A stretch of 64,000 nucleotides of DNA from Geopsychrobacteraceae bacterium (lineage in GTDB: Bacteria; Desulfobacterota; Desulfuromonadia; Desulfuromonadales; Geopsychrobacteraceae). Both the position numbers and the translations under genes were made by a program. Positions 39,850-50,720 of the stretch are shown piece by piece. The DNA lies in assembly GCA_963676795.2 (NCBI GenBank), contig CAXXTB010000002.1, forward strand, positions 992,001 through 1,056,000, given 5' to 3'. The notes beneath the pieces were generated by a model. It worked only from the letters and a program-made list of their open reading frames with translations, was not told the DNA's origin and did no database searches. The number at the start of each line of letters is the position of its first letter. Within the stretch, counting starts at the first letter, position 1.

Positions 39850-42507
39850 ATGAGCACAGAACTGCCTAAAGGTTATGAGCCCGCGCAGGTTGAACAGAAG
39901 TGGTTTTCCGTATGGGAAGAACGTGGCGATTTTCACGCCGATGAGAATTCGCCAAAGCCTCATTATTCCATCGTTATCCCGCCGCCGAACGTCACCGGTG
40001 TTCTGCATATGGGCCATGCCCTGAACAATACCCTGCAGGATATTCTCTGTCGCTGGAAGAGAATGACGGGTCATGAGGTTCTGTGGATGCCGGGAACAGA
40101 CCATGCCGGAATTGCGACCCAGAATGTCGTTGAAAAGCAGCTGGCGGCTGAGGGGCAGGATCGTCATGACGTTGGTCGTGAAGCTTTTATCGAACGGGTC
40201 TGGCGCTGGCGGGAGGAATCCGGCGGTCAGATTATCAATCAGCTCAAACGCCTCGGTGCCTCGTGTGACTGGCAGCGTGAGCGTTTTACCATGGACGAAG
40301 GGCTGTCAAAGGCGGTTCGTGAGGTTTTTGTCCGCCTCTACGAGGATGGTCTGATCTACCGTGACAATCGTCTGATCAACTGGTGTCCACGCTGTCATAC
40401 CGCTCTTTCCGACCTCGAAGTCGAGCATGATGATAAAAAGGGCAATCTCTGGCATCTGCGTTACCCGGTCAAGGGGACCGAACGCTATCTCGTCGTTGCA
40501 ACAACCCGTCCTGAAACCATGCTTGGTGATACCGCCGTTGCCGTCAATCCGGAGGATGAGCGTTATCAGGAGCTGATCGGCAAGATCATCCTGTTACCAC
40601 TGACCGGGCGTGAAATTCCGATCATCGCCGATGACTATGTTGACAAAGAGTTCGGTAGCGGGGCGGTCAAGATCACCCCGGCTCACGACTTCAACGACTT
40701 TGAAATCGGCAAGCGTCACGATCTGGAATTTATCAATGTTCTGGATGAGTCGGGTGTCATCAATGAGAACGGCGGAGCCTATGCGGGTCTTGAACGTTAT
40801 GAGGCGCGGAAAAAGGTGGTCGCTGACCTGGAAGCACAGGGGCTGCTCGAAAAGATCGATGATTATGCCAATGCTGTCGGTGAATGTTACCGCTGTAAAA
40901 CGATCATCGAGCCCTACATGAGCAAGCAGTGGTATGTCGCTGTCAAGCCGCTGGCCGCCGAAGCGATCAAGGCGGTCGAGGGTGGCACGACGAAGATTCT
41001 GCCGGCCCAGTGGGAAAAGACCTATTACGAGTGGATGTACAATATCCAGGACTGGTGCATCAGTCGGCAGATCTGGTGGGGACACCGGATTCCGGCCTGG
41101 TTCTGTGATGACTGCGGTGAGATCAGCGTTGCCCGTGAGGATGTCACCAGCTGTCAGCACTGCGGTAGTCAGAACCTGCAGCAGGAGACCGATGTCCTCG
41201 ATACCTGGTTTTCTTCAGCGCTCTGGCCGTTCTCGACCATGGGCTGGCCGGACCAGACCGAGACCCTGAAAAAGTTCTATCCGACCAGCTGCCTGGTCAC
41301 AGGCTTCGATATCCTGTTCTTCTGGGTGGCCCGCATGATGATGATGGGCATCAAGTTCATGGACGAGGTACCGTTTACCGAGGTTTACATCCACGCCCTG
41401 GTTCGCGATGCCCAGGGGCAGAAGATGAGCAAGAGCAAGGGGAACGTCATCGATCCGCTGACCGTCATCGACGAATACGGTGCTGATGCCTTCCGCCTGA
41501 CCCTCTGTGCGTTTGCCGCCATGGGGCGTGATATCAAGCTGTCGACCGAGCGGATCGGTGGCTATCGCAATTTCGTCAACAAGCTGTGGAACGCCAGCCG
41601 CTTCACCCTGATGAACCTTGAGGATTTCAATCCGGCAGCTCAGCAGCTCGCTGATTTTGAACTGGCAGCTGCCGATCACTGGATTCTCGAGCGTTATGCC
41701 GTTGCCGCCGCAGAGGTCAACAAGGCGCTGACCGATTACAAGTTCAATGACGCTGCCGGCCTGCTCTATTCCTTCACCTGGCATGAATTCTGTGACTGGT
41801 ACGTTGAGCTGAGCAAGGATGCCCTTTATGGAGAGAATCTGCGAGCCCGCCAGCGGACCCAGACCGTACTCTACACCGTTCTCGAGGGGTTGCTGCGCAT
41901 GCTCCACCCGATCATGCCGTTTGTCACCGAAGAGATCTGGCACGCGCTGCCGGGCGAGCGGCCGTTCGCTACGATCATGCAGGCGGACTATCCGCAGGGG
42001 GCTCTGGTTCAGACCGATGCCGCGGCCGTAGTTGAGATGGATATGGTTATGGAGGTTATCCGGGCCATCCGTAATGTTCGTGGTGAGCTGGAGGTTCCGC
42101 CCGGTAGGAAGATCGATGTCCTGCTCGATTGCAAGTCTGACGAGGTTGTGGCGGCGATGCGTAATGGGCAGGCCTACATTAACTCTCTGGCCCGCGTCGA
42201 AAATCTGGAGGTCGGGGTCAGTATTGATCGTCCAAAACAGGTTTCTACCCAGGTTGCTGGAGATGTCGAGGTGTTGTTGCCGCTTGCGGGGTTGATCGAT
42301 ATTGAAGAAGAATTGTCCCGCCTCCAGAAGGAGATTGCCAAGGTTCAGAAGGACGTTGATTTCTTCACCAGGAAGCTGAGTAACGAAAAATTTGTCTCCA
42401 ATGCGCCAGCTGCGGTCCTGGAGAAGGACCGCGCCAAGCTTGAGTCGGCACAGGAGAAGGTTGCGATTCTGCAGCAGAGCTTGGTAAAAATTGAAGCATT
42501 GAAATAA
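39850..42507 (+). CDS. valS: Valine--tRNA ligase
   Basis: PPPNVTGVLHMGHA (HIGH), DWCISRQIWWGHRIP, KMSKS. Confidence 0.98.
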   Translation: MSTELPKGYEPAQVEQKWFSVWEERGDFHADENSPKPHYSIVIPPPNVTGVLHMGHALNNTLQDILCRWKRMTGHEVLWMPGTDHAGIATQNVVEKQLAAEGQDRHDVGREAFIERVWRWREESGGQIINQLKRLGASCDWQRERFTMDEGLSKAVREVFVRLYEDGLIYRDNRLINWCPRCHTALSDLEVEHDDKKGNLWHLRYPVKGTERYLVVATTRPETMLGDTAVAVNPEDERYQELIGKIILLPLTGREIPIIADDYVDKEFGSGAVKITPAHDFNDFEIGKRHDLEFINVLDESGVINENGGAYAGLERYEARKKVVADLEAQGLLEKIDDYANAVGECYRCKTIIEPYMSKQWYVAVKPLAAEAIKAVEGGTTKILPAQWEKTYYEWMYNIQDWCISRQIWWGHRIPAWFCDDCGEISVAREDVTSCQHCGSQNLQQETDVLDTWFSSALWPFSTMGWPDQTETLKKFYPTSCLVTGFDILFFWVARMMMMGIKFMDEVPFTEVYIHALVRDAQGQKMSKSKGNVIDPLTVIDEYGADAFRLTLCAFAAMGRDIKLSTERIGGYRNFVNKLWNASRFTLMNLEDFNPAAQQLADFELAAADHWILERYAVAAAEVNKALTDYKFNDAAGLLYSFTWHEFCDWYVELSKDALYGENLRARQRTQTVLYTVLEGLLRMLHPIMPFVTEEIWHALPGERPFATIMQADYPQGALVQTDAAAVVEMDMVMEVIRAIRNVRGELEVPPGRKIDVLLDCKSDEVVAAMRNGQAYINSLARVENLEVGVSIDRPKQVSTQVAGDVEVLLPLAGLIDIEEELSRLQKEIAKVQKDVDFFTRKLSNEKFVSNAPAAVLEKDRAKLESAQEKVAILQQSLVKIEALK

Positions 42508-42510
42508 AAA

Positions 42511-42542
42511 ATCAGGCTGAAATGTCATAGTTTCAGCCTGAT
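42511..42542 (+). terminator. Stem-loop after valS
   Basis: ATCAGGCTGAAA-N8-TTTCAGCCTGAT. Confidence 0.6.
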
Positions 42543-42621
42543 CGATTTGCTTGTGGTAGACTTAATGCGTTTGTTTTTGCTCCAGTGGAAACAGTTTTTT
42601 GTTTTTTTCTCTACCGATGTT

Positions 42622-42638
42622 TAGTATACAGTATACAA
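42622..42638. promoter_or_regulatory. Candidate operator upstream of frdCAB
   Basis: TAGTATACAGTATACAA: tandem GTATAC palindromes, both a direct and an inverted repeat. Confidence 0.5.
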
Positions 42639-42865
42639 GATTTTCTATTTCATGAACCAAATCGAGCAGATGCATTTACGGGAGCAGGGTCAGCACTTCA
42701 GGGGTGTGATCCGGTTTTTCCGGAAGAGTGATAATCTGGCGCGGGAAGCTTGTTGTTGTCCGCACTTTTGATGGAGAGACGGGCGGTTTTTTCGCCTGTA
42801 GCCGGTTTCGCGGAGTACCTTTATCTGAGACCGGTTGTGTTCACATTTTTGAGGGATATTGCATT

Positions 42866-43537
42866 ATGAATCTGTTGACAAGTACTGTAGGACGAAAGGT
42901 TCTGATGGCAGTCACCGGGGTGTTGCTGGTGCTGTTTATCACAGCCCACCTGCTGGGCAATCTGTCGGTATTCGCCGGGGCGGACGCGATCAATGCCTAT
43001 GCGAAGCACCTTCACGATCTGGGCCCGCTGGTCTGGGTTTTCCGCCTGGTGATGCTGGTTCTGTTTGCCGTTCACATTACCTTCGGTGTTCAGCTTTACC
43101 TGGAGAACCGCGCGGCGACTCCGGAAAGCTATGCGGTTCAGAAGAGCCTGGTGACGACTTTTTCGGCCAAGACCATGGTTTTTACCGGGCTGATTATTCT
43201 GGCTTTTCTGATCTACCACCTGCTCCATTTCACCGTTCAGGTGACCAACCCAGAGATTTCTGCAAAGAATCTACCTCTCATTGACGGCCATCTCGATGTC
43301 TATTCGATGGTTGTCTACAGCTTCCAGAAGGTGGCGATCGCAGTTGTCTATATCGTCGCTATGATTGCCCTGTTTCTGCATTTGAGCCACGGAATTTCCA
43401 GCTGGGTTCAGACTCTGGGCTGGAGCACCGGCGGCAGTCAGGATAAAGTGACTGTCATCGGTAAGCTTCTGGCTATTGTTTACGGTCTGGCCTACATCGC
43501 CATTCCGGTCTTCATTCTTGCTCATTTTGTGAAATAG
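42866..43537 (+). CDS. frdC: Fumarate reductase / succinate dehydrogenase cytochrome b subunit
   Basis: [32 protein letters not shown] heme-ligand His motifs; start ATG 42866. Confidence 0.92.
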   Translation: MNLLTSTVGRKVLMAVTGVLLVLFITAHLLGNLSVFAGADAINAYAKHLHDLGPLVWVFRLVMLVLFAVHITFGVQLYLENRAATPESYAVQKSLVTTFSAKTMVFTGLIILAFLIYHLLHFTVQVTNPEISAKNLPLIDGHLDVYSMVVYSFQKVAIAVVYIVAMIALFLHLSHGISSWVQTLGWSTGGSQDKVTVIGKLLAIVYGLAYIAIPVFILAHFVK

Positions 43538-43547
43538 GGGGCTTATT

Positions 43548-45464
43548 GTGATTCTCGACGGCAAAGCACCTACAGGACCGATTGAATCTTCCTGGGATAA
43601 ACATCGTTTCGATATGAAACTGGTCAATCCGGCGAATAAACGTAAATTCAAAATTCTTGTTGTTGGTACCGGTCTGGCTGGTGCATCGGCAGCCGCCTCA
43701 CTGGGCGAACTTGGTTACAACGTTGAGGCCTTCTGTTATCAGGACAGCCCGCGTCGTGCCCACAGTATCGCGGCTCAGGGTGGTATCAACGCGGCCAAGA
43801 ACTATCCGAACGACGGTGACAGCATCTATCGTCTGTTCTACGATACCGTCAAAGGTGGCGACTTCCGTGCCCGTGAAGCCGATGTCTGGCGTCTGGCTCA
43901 GGTCTCCAACAATATCATCGACCAGTGTGTCGCCCAGGGTGTTCCATTTGCCCGCGACTACGCCGGTTACCTCGATAATCGTTCCTTCGGTGGTGCTCAG
44001 GTTTCGCGGACCTTCTACGCCCGTGGTCAGACCGGTCAGCAGCTGCTGCTCGGTGCCTATTCGGCACTCTCACGGCAGATCAAGAACAAGACGGTCAAGA
44101 TGTTCGCCCGTCGCGAAATGCTCGACCTGGTCGTTGTCGACGGTGTTGCCAAAGGGATCACCTGCCGTAATCTGACAACTGGTGAGATTGAGTCCTACTG
44201 GGGCGATGCCGTTGTCCTGGCGACCGGTGGTTTCGTCAATGTCTTCTATCTGTCGACCAACGCCATGGGCTGTAGCGTCACCGCAGCATGGAAGGCGTCC
44301 AAGAAGGGTGCCTACATGGCTAACCCATGTTACACCCAGATCCACCCGACCTGTATCCCGCAGCACGGTGACAAGCAGTCGAAGCTGACCCTGATGTCCG
44401 AGTCGTTGCGTAACGACGGTCGTGTCTGGGTCCCTAAAAAAGCCGAGGACTGCGGCAAACATCCGAATGAAGTTGCGGATGAGGATCGTGACTACTATCT
44501 CGAGCGCAAGTACCCGTCCTTCGGTAACCTGGCTCCGCGTGACATCGCTTCGCGTGCTGCCAAGGAGCAGTGTGATGACGGCCGTGGTGTCGGCGATACC
44601 AAGCGCGGGGTTTTCCTCGATTTTAAATCGGCGATCGACCGGGTTGGTGAAGAGACCATCGCCCAGCGTTACGGCAACCTGTTCGAGATGTATGAAAAGA
44701 TCACTGCAGAGAACGCTTACCAGCGTCCGATGCGGATCTATCCGGCCCCTCACTACTCCATGGGTGGTCTGTGGGTCGATTACCAGTGCATGAGCAACGT
44801 TCCGGGGCTGTTTGTCATCGGTGAAGCGAACTTCTCGGTACACGGTGCCAACCGTCTCGGTGCCTCGGCACTGATGCAGGGGCTGGCTGACGGTTACTTC
44901 GTTCTGCCTTACACCATTGCTCCTTACCTGGCTTCACTGACTCCGGGTCAAGTGACTGACGAGCACGATGCCTTCAAAGAATCTGCCGAAGAGGTTCAGG
45001 GGCAGATCGACAAGATGCTCGGCATCAAAGGCAAGAAGACTGTTGGTGAACTGCACCGCGAGCTTGGCCACGTCATGTGGGAAGATGTCGGTATGGCGCG
45101 TAGCGATGCCAGCCTCAAGCACGCACTCAAGCGGATTCCTGAGATCCGTGATGAGTTCTGGAACAACGTCAATGTCACCGGTGGTCCCGGTGAGCTGAAT
45201 CAGCAGCTTGAAAACGCCGGTCGTCTGGCTGACTTCCTCGAGTTCGCCGAAATGATGACCAAGGATGCCCTGCATCGTGAAGAGTCCTGTGGCGGACACT
45301 TCCGGACTGAGCACCAGACCGACGATGGCGAAGCGATGCGTGACGATGAGAACTTCTGTTACGTTGCCGCCTGGGAATACAAAGGGGTTGGTAAAGAGCC
45401 TGAGCTGCACAAGGAACCCCTCAAATTCGACAACGTCAAGCTTGCTGTGAGGAGTTATAAATAA
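43548..45464 (+). CDS. frdA: Fumarate reductase / succinate dehydrogenase flavoprotein subunit
   Basis: [43 protein letters not shown]. Confidence 0.96.
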   Translation: MILDGKAPTGPIESSWDKHRFDMKLVNPANKRKFKILVVGTGLAGASAAASLGELGYNVEAFCYQDSPRRAHSIAAQGGINAAKNYPNDGDSIYRLFYDTVKGGDFRAREADVWRLAQVSNNIIDQCVAQGVPFARDYAGYLDNRSFGGAQVSRTFYARGQTGQQLLLGAYSALSRQIKNKTVKMFARREMLDLVVVDGVAKGITCRNLTTGEIESYWGDAVVLATGGFVNVFYLSTNAMGCSVTAAWKASKKGAYMANPCYTQIHPTCIPQHGDKQSKLTLMSESLRNDGRVWVPKKAEDCGKHPNEVADEDRDYYLERKYPSFGNLAPRDIASRAAKEQCDDGRGVGDTKRGVFLDFKSAIDRVGEETIAQRYGNLFEMYEKITAENAYQRPMRIYPAPHYSMGGLWVDYQCMSNVPGLFVIGEANFSVHGANRLGASALMQGLADGYFVLPYTIAPYLASLTPGQVTDEHDAFKESAEEVQGQIDKMLGIKGKKTVGELHRELGHVMWEDVGMARSDASLKHALKRIPEIRDEFWNNVNVTGGPGELNQQLENAGRLADFLEFAEMMTKDALHREESCGGHFRTEHQTDDGEAMRDDENFCYVAAWEYKGVGKEPELHKEPLKFDNVKLAVRSYK

Positions 45465-46219
45465 TGAACCTGACATTACATGTATGGCGCCAGAAGGGGC
45501 CACAGGATAAAGGGAAGCTGGAGACCTATGAGGTTACCGGCGTCAGTGAGGATGAGTCCTTTCTCGAGATGCTTGACGAACTGAACGACAAGCTGATCAA
45601 GGAAGGCAAGGATCCGATCGCTTTCGATCACGACTGTCGTGAGGGGATCTGTGGTATGTGTTCGCAGGTCATTAACGGACGTCCTCACGGTCATCAGGAT
45701 CGTACCACCGTCTGTCAGCTGCACATGCGCGAGTTCAAAGACGGTGACGAGATCTTCGTCGAGCCGTGGCGTGCCAGGGCTTTTCCGATCATCAAAGACC
45801 TGGTTGTCGACCGCAGTGCGCTTGACGTGATCATGCAGGCCGGTGGTTACACCTCCTGTCATACCGGCGGTGTTGCCGATGGTAACGCGCTGCTGATCGG
45901 CAAACCGGTTGCCGATTACGCTATGGACGCCGCCGAGTGTATCGGTTGTGGTGCCTGTATCGCTGCCTGTCCGAACAGCTCGGCGATGCTCTTCACCAGC
46001 GCCAAGGTTGCTCAGTTGGCCGCTCTGCCTCAGGGCAAGCCGGAAGCCCGCAAGCGGGTCAAGGCGATGACCCAGGCCCTGCTGGATGAAGGCTTCGGTA
46101 ACTGTACCAATCACTACGAGTGTGAAGCGGCCTGCCCGAAAGGGATCAGCGTCAAGTTCATCGCCAAGCTGAACCGTGAGTATCTCAAATCGATGCTGCC
46201 GAGTTCCAGGGAAAAATAA
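45464..46219 (+). CDS. frdB: Fumarate reductase / succinate dehydrogenase iron-sulfur subunit
   Basis: CREGICGMC, CIGCGACIAACP, CTNHYECEAACP. Confidence 0.96.
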   Translation: MNLTLHVWRQKGPQDKGKLETYEVTGVSEDESFLEMLDELNDKLIKEGKDPIAFDHDCREGICGMCSQVINGRPHGHQDRTTVCQLHMREFKDGDEIFVEPWRARAFPIIKDLVVDRSALDVIMQAGGYTSCHTGGVADGNALLIGKPVADYAMDAAECIGCGACIAACPNSSAMLFTSAKVAQLAALPQGKPEARKRVKAMTQALLDEGFGNCTNHYECEAACPKGISVKFIAKLNREYLKSMLPSSREK

Positions 46220-46241
46220 GCACGTAAAATTCGCTGTATTG

Positions 46242-46272
46242 AAAGCGGGCCTTCTAGGTCCGCTTTTTTTTT
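46242..46272 (+). terminator. Rho-independent terminator of frdCAB
   Basis: AAAGCGGGCC...GGTCCGC followed by T9. Confidence 0.85.
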
Positions 46273-46329
46273 GCTATTTTAGCTGCTGACTCTGATCACA
46301 CAAACTCTGTCAGTGAGAAGTTCAGGACC

Positions 46330-47922
46330 ATGTTCAGGCTTTTTTCAAAACGCACCCTTGGCGGTGCCGATAAGGCGGCAGGAAAAGCGACCGAGCAGCA
46401 GCTGTTGCCGTTTGTGTCTGAACATGACCGGGGGATGCTGGCCAACCTGGCAGACCTCGGACTGTTGGCAAATCTGCAGCAGAAAACGTTGCAGGGACTG
46501 GAAGGCCTGAAATTCTCGCTTAACGCTTCGACCATTGTTCTGCTCCTTGAATCCTCCGGAGTTGGCGATTTTTCCATTTACGCTGCGGTCAGTGAACGGC
46601 GGATTCTTACTCAGGGGGACTTTGCTGCCGGGTTTGGGGTTCTCGGTTCGTTGAAGAGCTGTTCTGAACTGTCGCTCGCCCCCTACCGGCCGGGCCATCC
46701 TCCCATCCCATATCAGGTGCAGTCGGTTTGTCCCGGCTACTTCTTTGCTCAACGTTTTGACTGGCATCGGCCTGGATCCGAGGAGAGTCAGAAAGCGATT
46801 CTCTGCATTGAGCGCGATGCAACTACGCCTCTTGACGCGGCTGCGAAGCGTCTGATCACATTGCACATGGAGCAAATTGATTATCAGGTCGGACTGTGCC
46901 GTGAGTTGATTGCTGCCGAGTTTGAACGGCAGTCGTTGTTTCAGGCTTTCAGCGGCTTGCACCTGCTGACTCCGGCCTATGATCTGCAGAGTGTCTTCGC
47001 TGCGGCGGGCAAAGCGGTCAGGCTGATCGTTGATGTCGAGCAGTTGGCCTTCAGTTTTGTCGAGGATGATTGTCATCGTTTTCAGTATCTGGACGGACCG
47101 CTCGGCAAAGAGCTGGTTCAGGAATCGTATCTCCTGGAGGATTCGCTGATCGGTCAGGCGGTCAAATACCGCCGGGTCGTGCCTGAACAGCTTGGCAATC
47201 CCGGTCATTTCAGGGTGGTGAATGGCACAAAATGCTTCGATCAATTCCATTCGCTGATGATTCTGCCCCTGGTTCTGGACGCGAAAAAAGTGCTCGGGGT
47301 CATGCTGCTTGCGGCCCGCACAGCGGGGGCTTTCAATCGTCATCAGCGGGACCTGATCGGTCTGATCGTGTCTCAACTGGCGATCAAGGTTGACCTCGCT
47401 CTGGCAAATGAACAGATCAACAGGATGTCGCTGACCGACGCCCTGACCGGTATAGCGAATCGCAGGGCTTTTGAGCGCGGTTTCGAGGCGATCTATGAGC
47501 GTGCCCTGAGACGGGAAGGCCAGTTCAGTCTGATCATCTGTGACATCGACTATTTCAAACGGATCAACGATGTTTATGGCCACAGCTGTGGCGATATGGT
47601 TCTCAAACAGGTCTCCAGGCAGTTGCAGACGGTTGTCCGCAGCGGTGACCTGGCCGCGCGCGTCGGCGGTGAAGAATTTGTTGTGCTGCTCGAAGACAGC
47701 AGTGAATCCGGAGCGAGAGATGTGGCAGAACGTCTGCGTCGCCAGGTCGAGGCCCTGCCGCTCTATTGGCAGGGGGAGGTACTGCAGGTGACCATGTCTT
47801 TCGGGGTTGCCTGTTATCCCAAGGCGGGCAGGGAGCCACAGCAGCTTTACGAGTTGGCGGACAAGGCGCTCTATCGTGCCAAGCAAAGGGGTAGAAACAG
47901 ATCTCTGCTGTGGAAAGAATAG
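46330..47922 (+). CDS. GAF-domain diguanylate cyclase
   Basis: DALTGIANRR, DIDYFKRIND, RSGD I-site, GGEEF active site. Confidence 0.92.
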   Translation: MFRLFSKRTLGGADKAAGKATEQQLLPFVSEHDRGMLANLADLGLLANLQQKTLQGLEGLKFSLNASTIVLLLESSGVGDFSIYAAVSERRILTQGDFAAGFGVLGSLKSCSELSLAPYRPGHPPIPYQVQSVCPGYFFAQRFDWHRPGSEESQKAILCIERDATTPLDAAAKRLITLHMEQIDYQVGLCRELIAAEFERQSLFQAFSGLHLLTPAYDLQSVFAAAGKAVRLIVDVEQLAFSFVEDDCHRFQYLDGPLGKELVQESYLLEDSLIGQAVKYRRVVPEQLGNPGHFRVVNGTKCFDQFHSLMILPLVLDAKKVLGVMLLAARTAGAFNRHQRDLIGLIVSQLAIKVDLALANEQINRMSLTDALTGIANRRAFERGFEAIYERALRREGQFSLIICDIDYFKRINDVYGHSCGDMVLKQVSRQLQTVVRSGDLAARVGGEEFVVLLEDSSESGARDVAERLRRQVEALPLYWQGEVLQVTMSFGVACYPKAGREPQQLYELADKALYRAKQRGRNRSLLWKE

Positions 47923-47998
47923 CTTTTTAGCAATATGCATCGACAGGACTGTTGTTATTGTCTAATGTGAATTATTGAATATGGAAAGGGCTCACACT

Positions 47999-49306
47999 AT
48001 GCGTTTCTTTACCCTGCTGCTGTTGGTGTTCCTCTGCTCTGCTCCGCTGTCCGTTTCAGCCGTCGAGCGCAGGACCCCGATCGTGACGGCAGTCGCGAAA
48101 GCTGGACCGGCGGTTGTCAATATCCGCACGGAGCAGATTGTCCAGCGGCGGAGCAGCCCATATTTCGGTTTTGGCGATTCTCTCTTCGATCAGTTTTTTC
48201 AGGATATGATGGCGCCGCGCAGCTATAAAACCCAGTCGCTTGGTTCCGGGGTTATCATCGATCCTGATGGACATATCCTGACCAATGCCCATGTTGTTGA
48301 TAAGGCCTCGAAGATTTACGTCGCCCTGACCGGGAATGATCGTGAGCTCGAGGCGCAACTGGTCGGTCAGGACGAGCGCGTCGATCTGGCCGTGCTCAAG
48401 ATTGTCGACAAGGGGCAGTATCCTTTCCTGGCACCTGGTCGTTCCGACGACCTGCTGCTTGGTGAGACCGTCATTGCCATCGGCAACCCGCTGGGGCTGG
48501 GGCATTCGATTACAACCGGGATTGTCAGCTCGCTGAACCGGCGGATTCAGATCTCTTCCCAGCTCTCATCGCTCTTCATACAGACCGATGCGTTGATCAA
48601 TCCCGGCAATTCCGGCGGACCGCTGATCAATATCAACGGTGAGCTGATCGGCATCAATACAGCTATCGCCAAGCAGGCGCAGGGGATCGGTTTCTCGATC
48701 CCGATCGATACAGCCAGGCGCGTTGTTGAGGATCTGATAACATTCGGCCGTGTCAGGCACGGTTTCCTCGGTGTTCTCGCTGCTGATGTCAGCGCCCGTT
48801 TCATCAGTTCCTACGGAACCGGAGGCGCTCTGGTCGAGGAGTTCCTCCCCGGTTCACCGGCATTCAAGGCAGGGATACAGGTTGCCGACGTGATTCTGGC
48901 GATCGACGGTGTCGCCGTCGCGTCGAACGATCAGTATCTTTCTCTGATTCAGACCTATACGCCCGGTGATCGTGTCAGAATAAACCTGCTCAGGGGAGAG
49001 CGTAAAATGGAGACTGAGGTTGTCCTGACGGCCCTGCCGAGCGGTTTTGAGCAGAGTTACGCCCGGCAGATATTTGGTTTTTCCCTGAATGAAGATGTCG
49101 ATGGGCTGATCCTCAGCGAGGTTGTCAAGGGCTCTGCCGCCGAACGTGTCGGCTTGGCCAGGGGGGATCGCCTGGTCAAGCTTGAGGATGAAGCTGTCAG
49201 GAATCTTGAAGAATTCAGCAGGGCCGTTGAAGATAGGATCGGCCGTAAACCGCTGACATTTACCATTGTCCGTGATAAATATGCCTATCTGGTGAACCTA
49301 CCTTGA
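47999..49306 (+). CDS. HtrA/DegQ-family serine protease with two PDZ domains
   Basis: Signal peptide; TNAHVV, DLAVLK, INPGNSGGPL catalytic triad; start ATG 47999. Confidence 0.93.
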   Translation: MRFFTLLLLVFLCSAPLSVSAVERRTPIVTAVAKAGPAVVNIRTEQIVQRRSSPYFGFGDSLFDQFFQDMMAPRSYKTQSLGSGVIIDPDGHILTNAHVVDKASKIYVALTGNDRELEAQLVGQDERVDLAVLKIVDKGQYPFLAPGRSDDLLLGETVIAIGNPLGLGHSITTGIVSSLNRRIQISSQLSSLFIQTDALINPGNSGGPLININGELIGINTAIAKQAQGIGFSIPIDTARRVVEDLITFGRVRHGFLGVLAADVSARFISSYGTGGALVEEFLPGSPAFKAGIQVADVILAIDGVAVASNDQYLSLIQTYTPGDRVRINLLRGERKMETEVVLTALPSGFEQSYARQIFGFSLNEDVDGLILSEVVKGSAAERVGLARGDRLVKLEDEAVRNLEEFSRAVEDRIGRKPLTFTIVRDKYAYLVNLP

Positions 49307-49328
49307 TGTGTGCAGATAGAGGGAAGCT

Positions 49329-49871
49329 ATGAATGTCAAATTGTTGTTCAGACTGCTGATCGGAATTGCCCTGGTGCTGATGCTCTTTGCCTGCAAGGAT
49401 GAATCCCGGACTCCCGCGGCGACACAGGGCGCTGTAAGCGAGCAGGATAAACGCCTGGCACCCGATTTCGAGCTGAAGGACGTCAACGGCCAGGTTGTGC
49501 GCCTTTCGCAGTTCAAGGGGCAGGTCGTGATTCTCAACTTCTGGGCGACCTGGTGCCCGCCCTGCCGTGAGGAGATGCCGTCCATGGAGGCTCTGCATCG
49601 CAAGTTCGCTGATAAAGGGCTGGTCATGCTCGCGGTCAACGTCGAAGAGAATGGCCCTCAGCTGGTTCCGGAATTTCTCAGAAGCAATCCGTACAGTTTC
49701 CGGATTCTTTATGATAGCGAGGCCAGGGTGCAGAACCTTTACGGGGTTTTCCGTTACCCAGAGACCTTTATCATCGATCGTAACGGCAACATCGTCGAAA
49801 AGGTGATCGGCTCTCACGATTGGATGAGGGGCGAAGCCTACAAACTGATCGACTTTCTCCTGAACGGCTGA
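49329..49871 (+). CDS. TlpA/ResA-family thiol-disulfide oxidoreductase lipoprotein
   Basis: Lipobox LFAC; LNFWATWCPPCREEMP; YPETFIID. Confidence 0.93.
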   Translation: MNVKLLFRLLIGIALVLMLFACKDESRTPAATQGAVSEQDKRLAPDFELKDVNGQVVRLSQFKGQVVILNFWATWCPPCREEMPSMEALHRKFADKGLVMLAVNVEENGPQLVPEFLRSNPYSFRILYDSEARVQNLYGVFRYPETFIIDRNGNIVEKVIGSHDWMRGEAYKLIDFLLNG

Positions 49872-49876
49872 TCTCG

Positions 49877-50626
49877 ATGCTCTCTTCCGCTTCCGACGTC
49901 AGCCTCTGGCTGGCTTTTTCCGCAGGGCTGCTCTCTTTTTTTTCTCCCTGCGTTCTGCCCCTGATTCCGTCCTACCTGACCTATATATCCGGTCTGTCTT
50001 TTGCTCAGCTCAAGGACGATCATCCGGGAACCAGGGTCAGGTTGCTCGTAGCTCTGCATTCCCTGCTGTTTATCCTCGGCTTTTCGGCTGTCTTTATCCT
50101 GCTTGGAGCCTTGGCCGGGCTGGCTTCGGCCTCGTTCCACATCTATCTGCGCGACGGACTGGGCTGGATTCAGAAGGTCGGTGGAGTGCTGATCTTTCTC
50201 TTCGGTGTGCACTTGAGCGGACTGTTTCATTTCGGTGTCTTGCTCGGAGAAAAACGCGTTCAGCTGCGTAACAAGCCGACCGGTGCAGTCGGCACCTTCT
50301 TTGTCGGGGTCGCTTTTGCCGCGGGCTGGACCCCCTGCATCGGGCCGATCCTCGGGGCCATTCTGGCGATTGCTGCGAGCAGTTCGGGAGGGGTCGCCAA
50401 GGGGGTATTGCTGCTGATCGTCTACTCTGCCGGCCTTGGTGTGCCGTTCCTGCTTTCCGGCCTGCTGTTTCATGGTTTCTTAAGCCTCTTTCAACGTTTC
50501 AAGGCCTATCTGCGGCTTGTCGAGGTTGTGACCGGCGTGCTGCTTATGGTTGTCGGCGTTCTTCTGTTCTTCGATCTGTTCACCCGGATTGCCGGTTATC
50601 TTTACCGCATTCTTCCTGTTGCATAG
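49877..50626 (+). CDS. ccdA: Cytochrome c biogenesis protein CcdA
   Basis: GLLSFFSPCVLPLIP and GWTPCIGPILG; start ATG 49877. Confidence 0.93.
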   Translation: MLSSASDVSLWLAFSAGLLSFFSPCVLPLIPSYLTYISGLSFAQLKDDHPGTRVRLLVALHSLLFILGFSAVFILLGALAGLASASFHIYLRDGLGWIQKVGGVLIFLFGVHLSGLFHFGVLLGEKRVQLRNKPTGAVGTFFVGVAFAAGWTPCIGPILGAILAIAASSSGGVAKGVLLLIVYSAGLGVPFLLSGLLFHGFLSLFQRFKAYLRLVEVVTGVLLMVVGVLLFFDLFTRIAGYLYRILPVA

Positions 50627-50680
50627 AACGGCCCACTCACCAAGTTTCTCTTGATCTTTAACGGTGTATCCTATAGTTTT

Positions 50681-50697
50681 CTGAAAGTTATTTTCAA
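50681..50697. promoter_or_regulatory. Candidate Fur box
   Basis: CTGAAAGTTATTTTCAA; core has one mismatch to the deltaproteobacterial TGAAAAT-N-ATTTTCA palindrome; directly upstream of fur-feoB. Confidence 0.7.
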
Positions 50698-50720
50698 TTT
50701 CCCAGACGATTGGAGTGATT

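Noticed and set aside
49329..49871. Possible second selenoprotein (thioredoxin fold)
   Set aside because: Active site is WCPPC with ordinary Cys codons.
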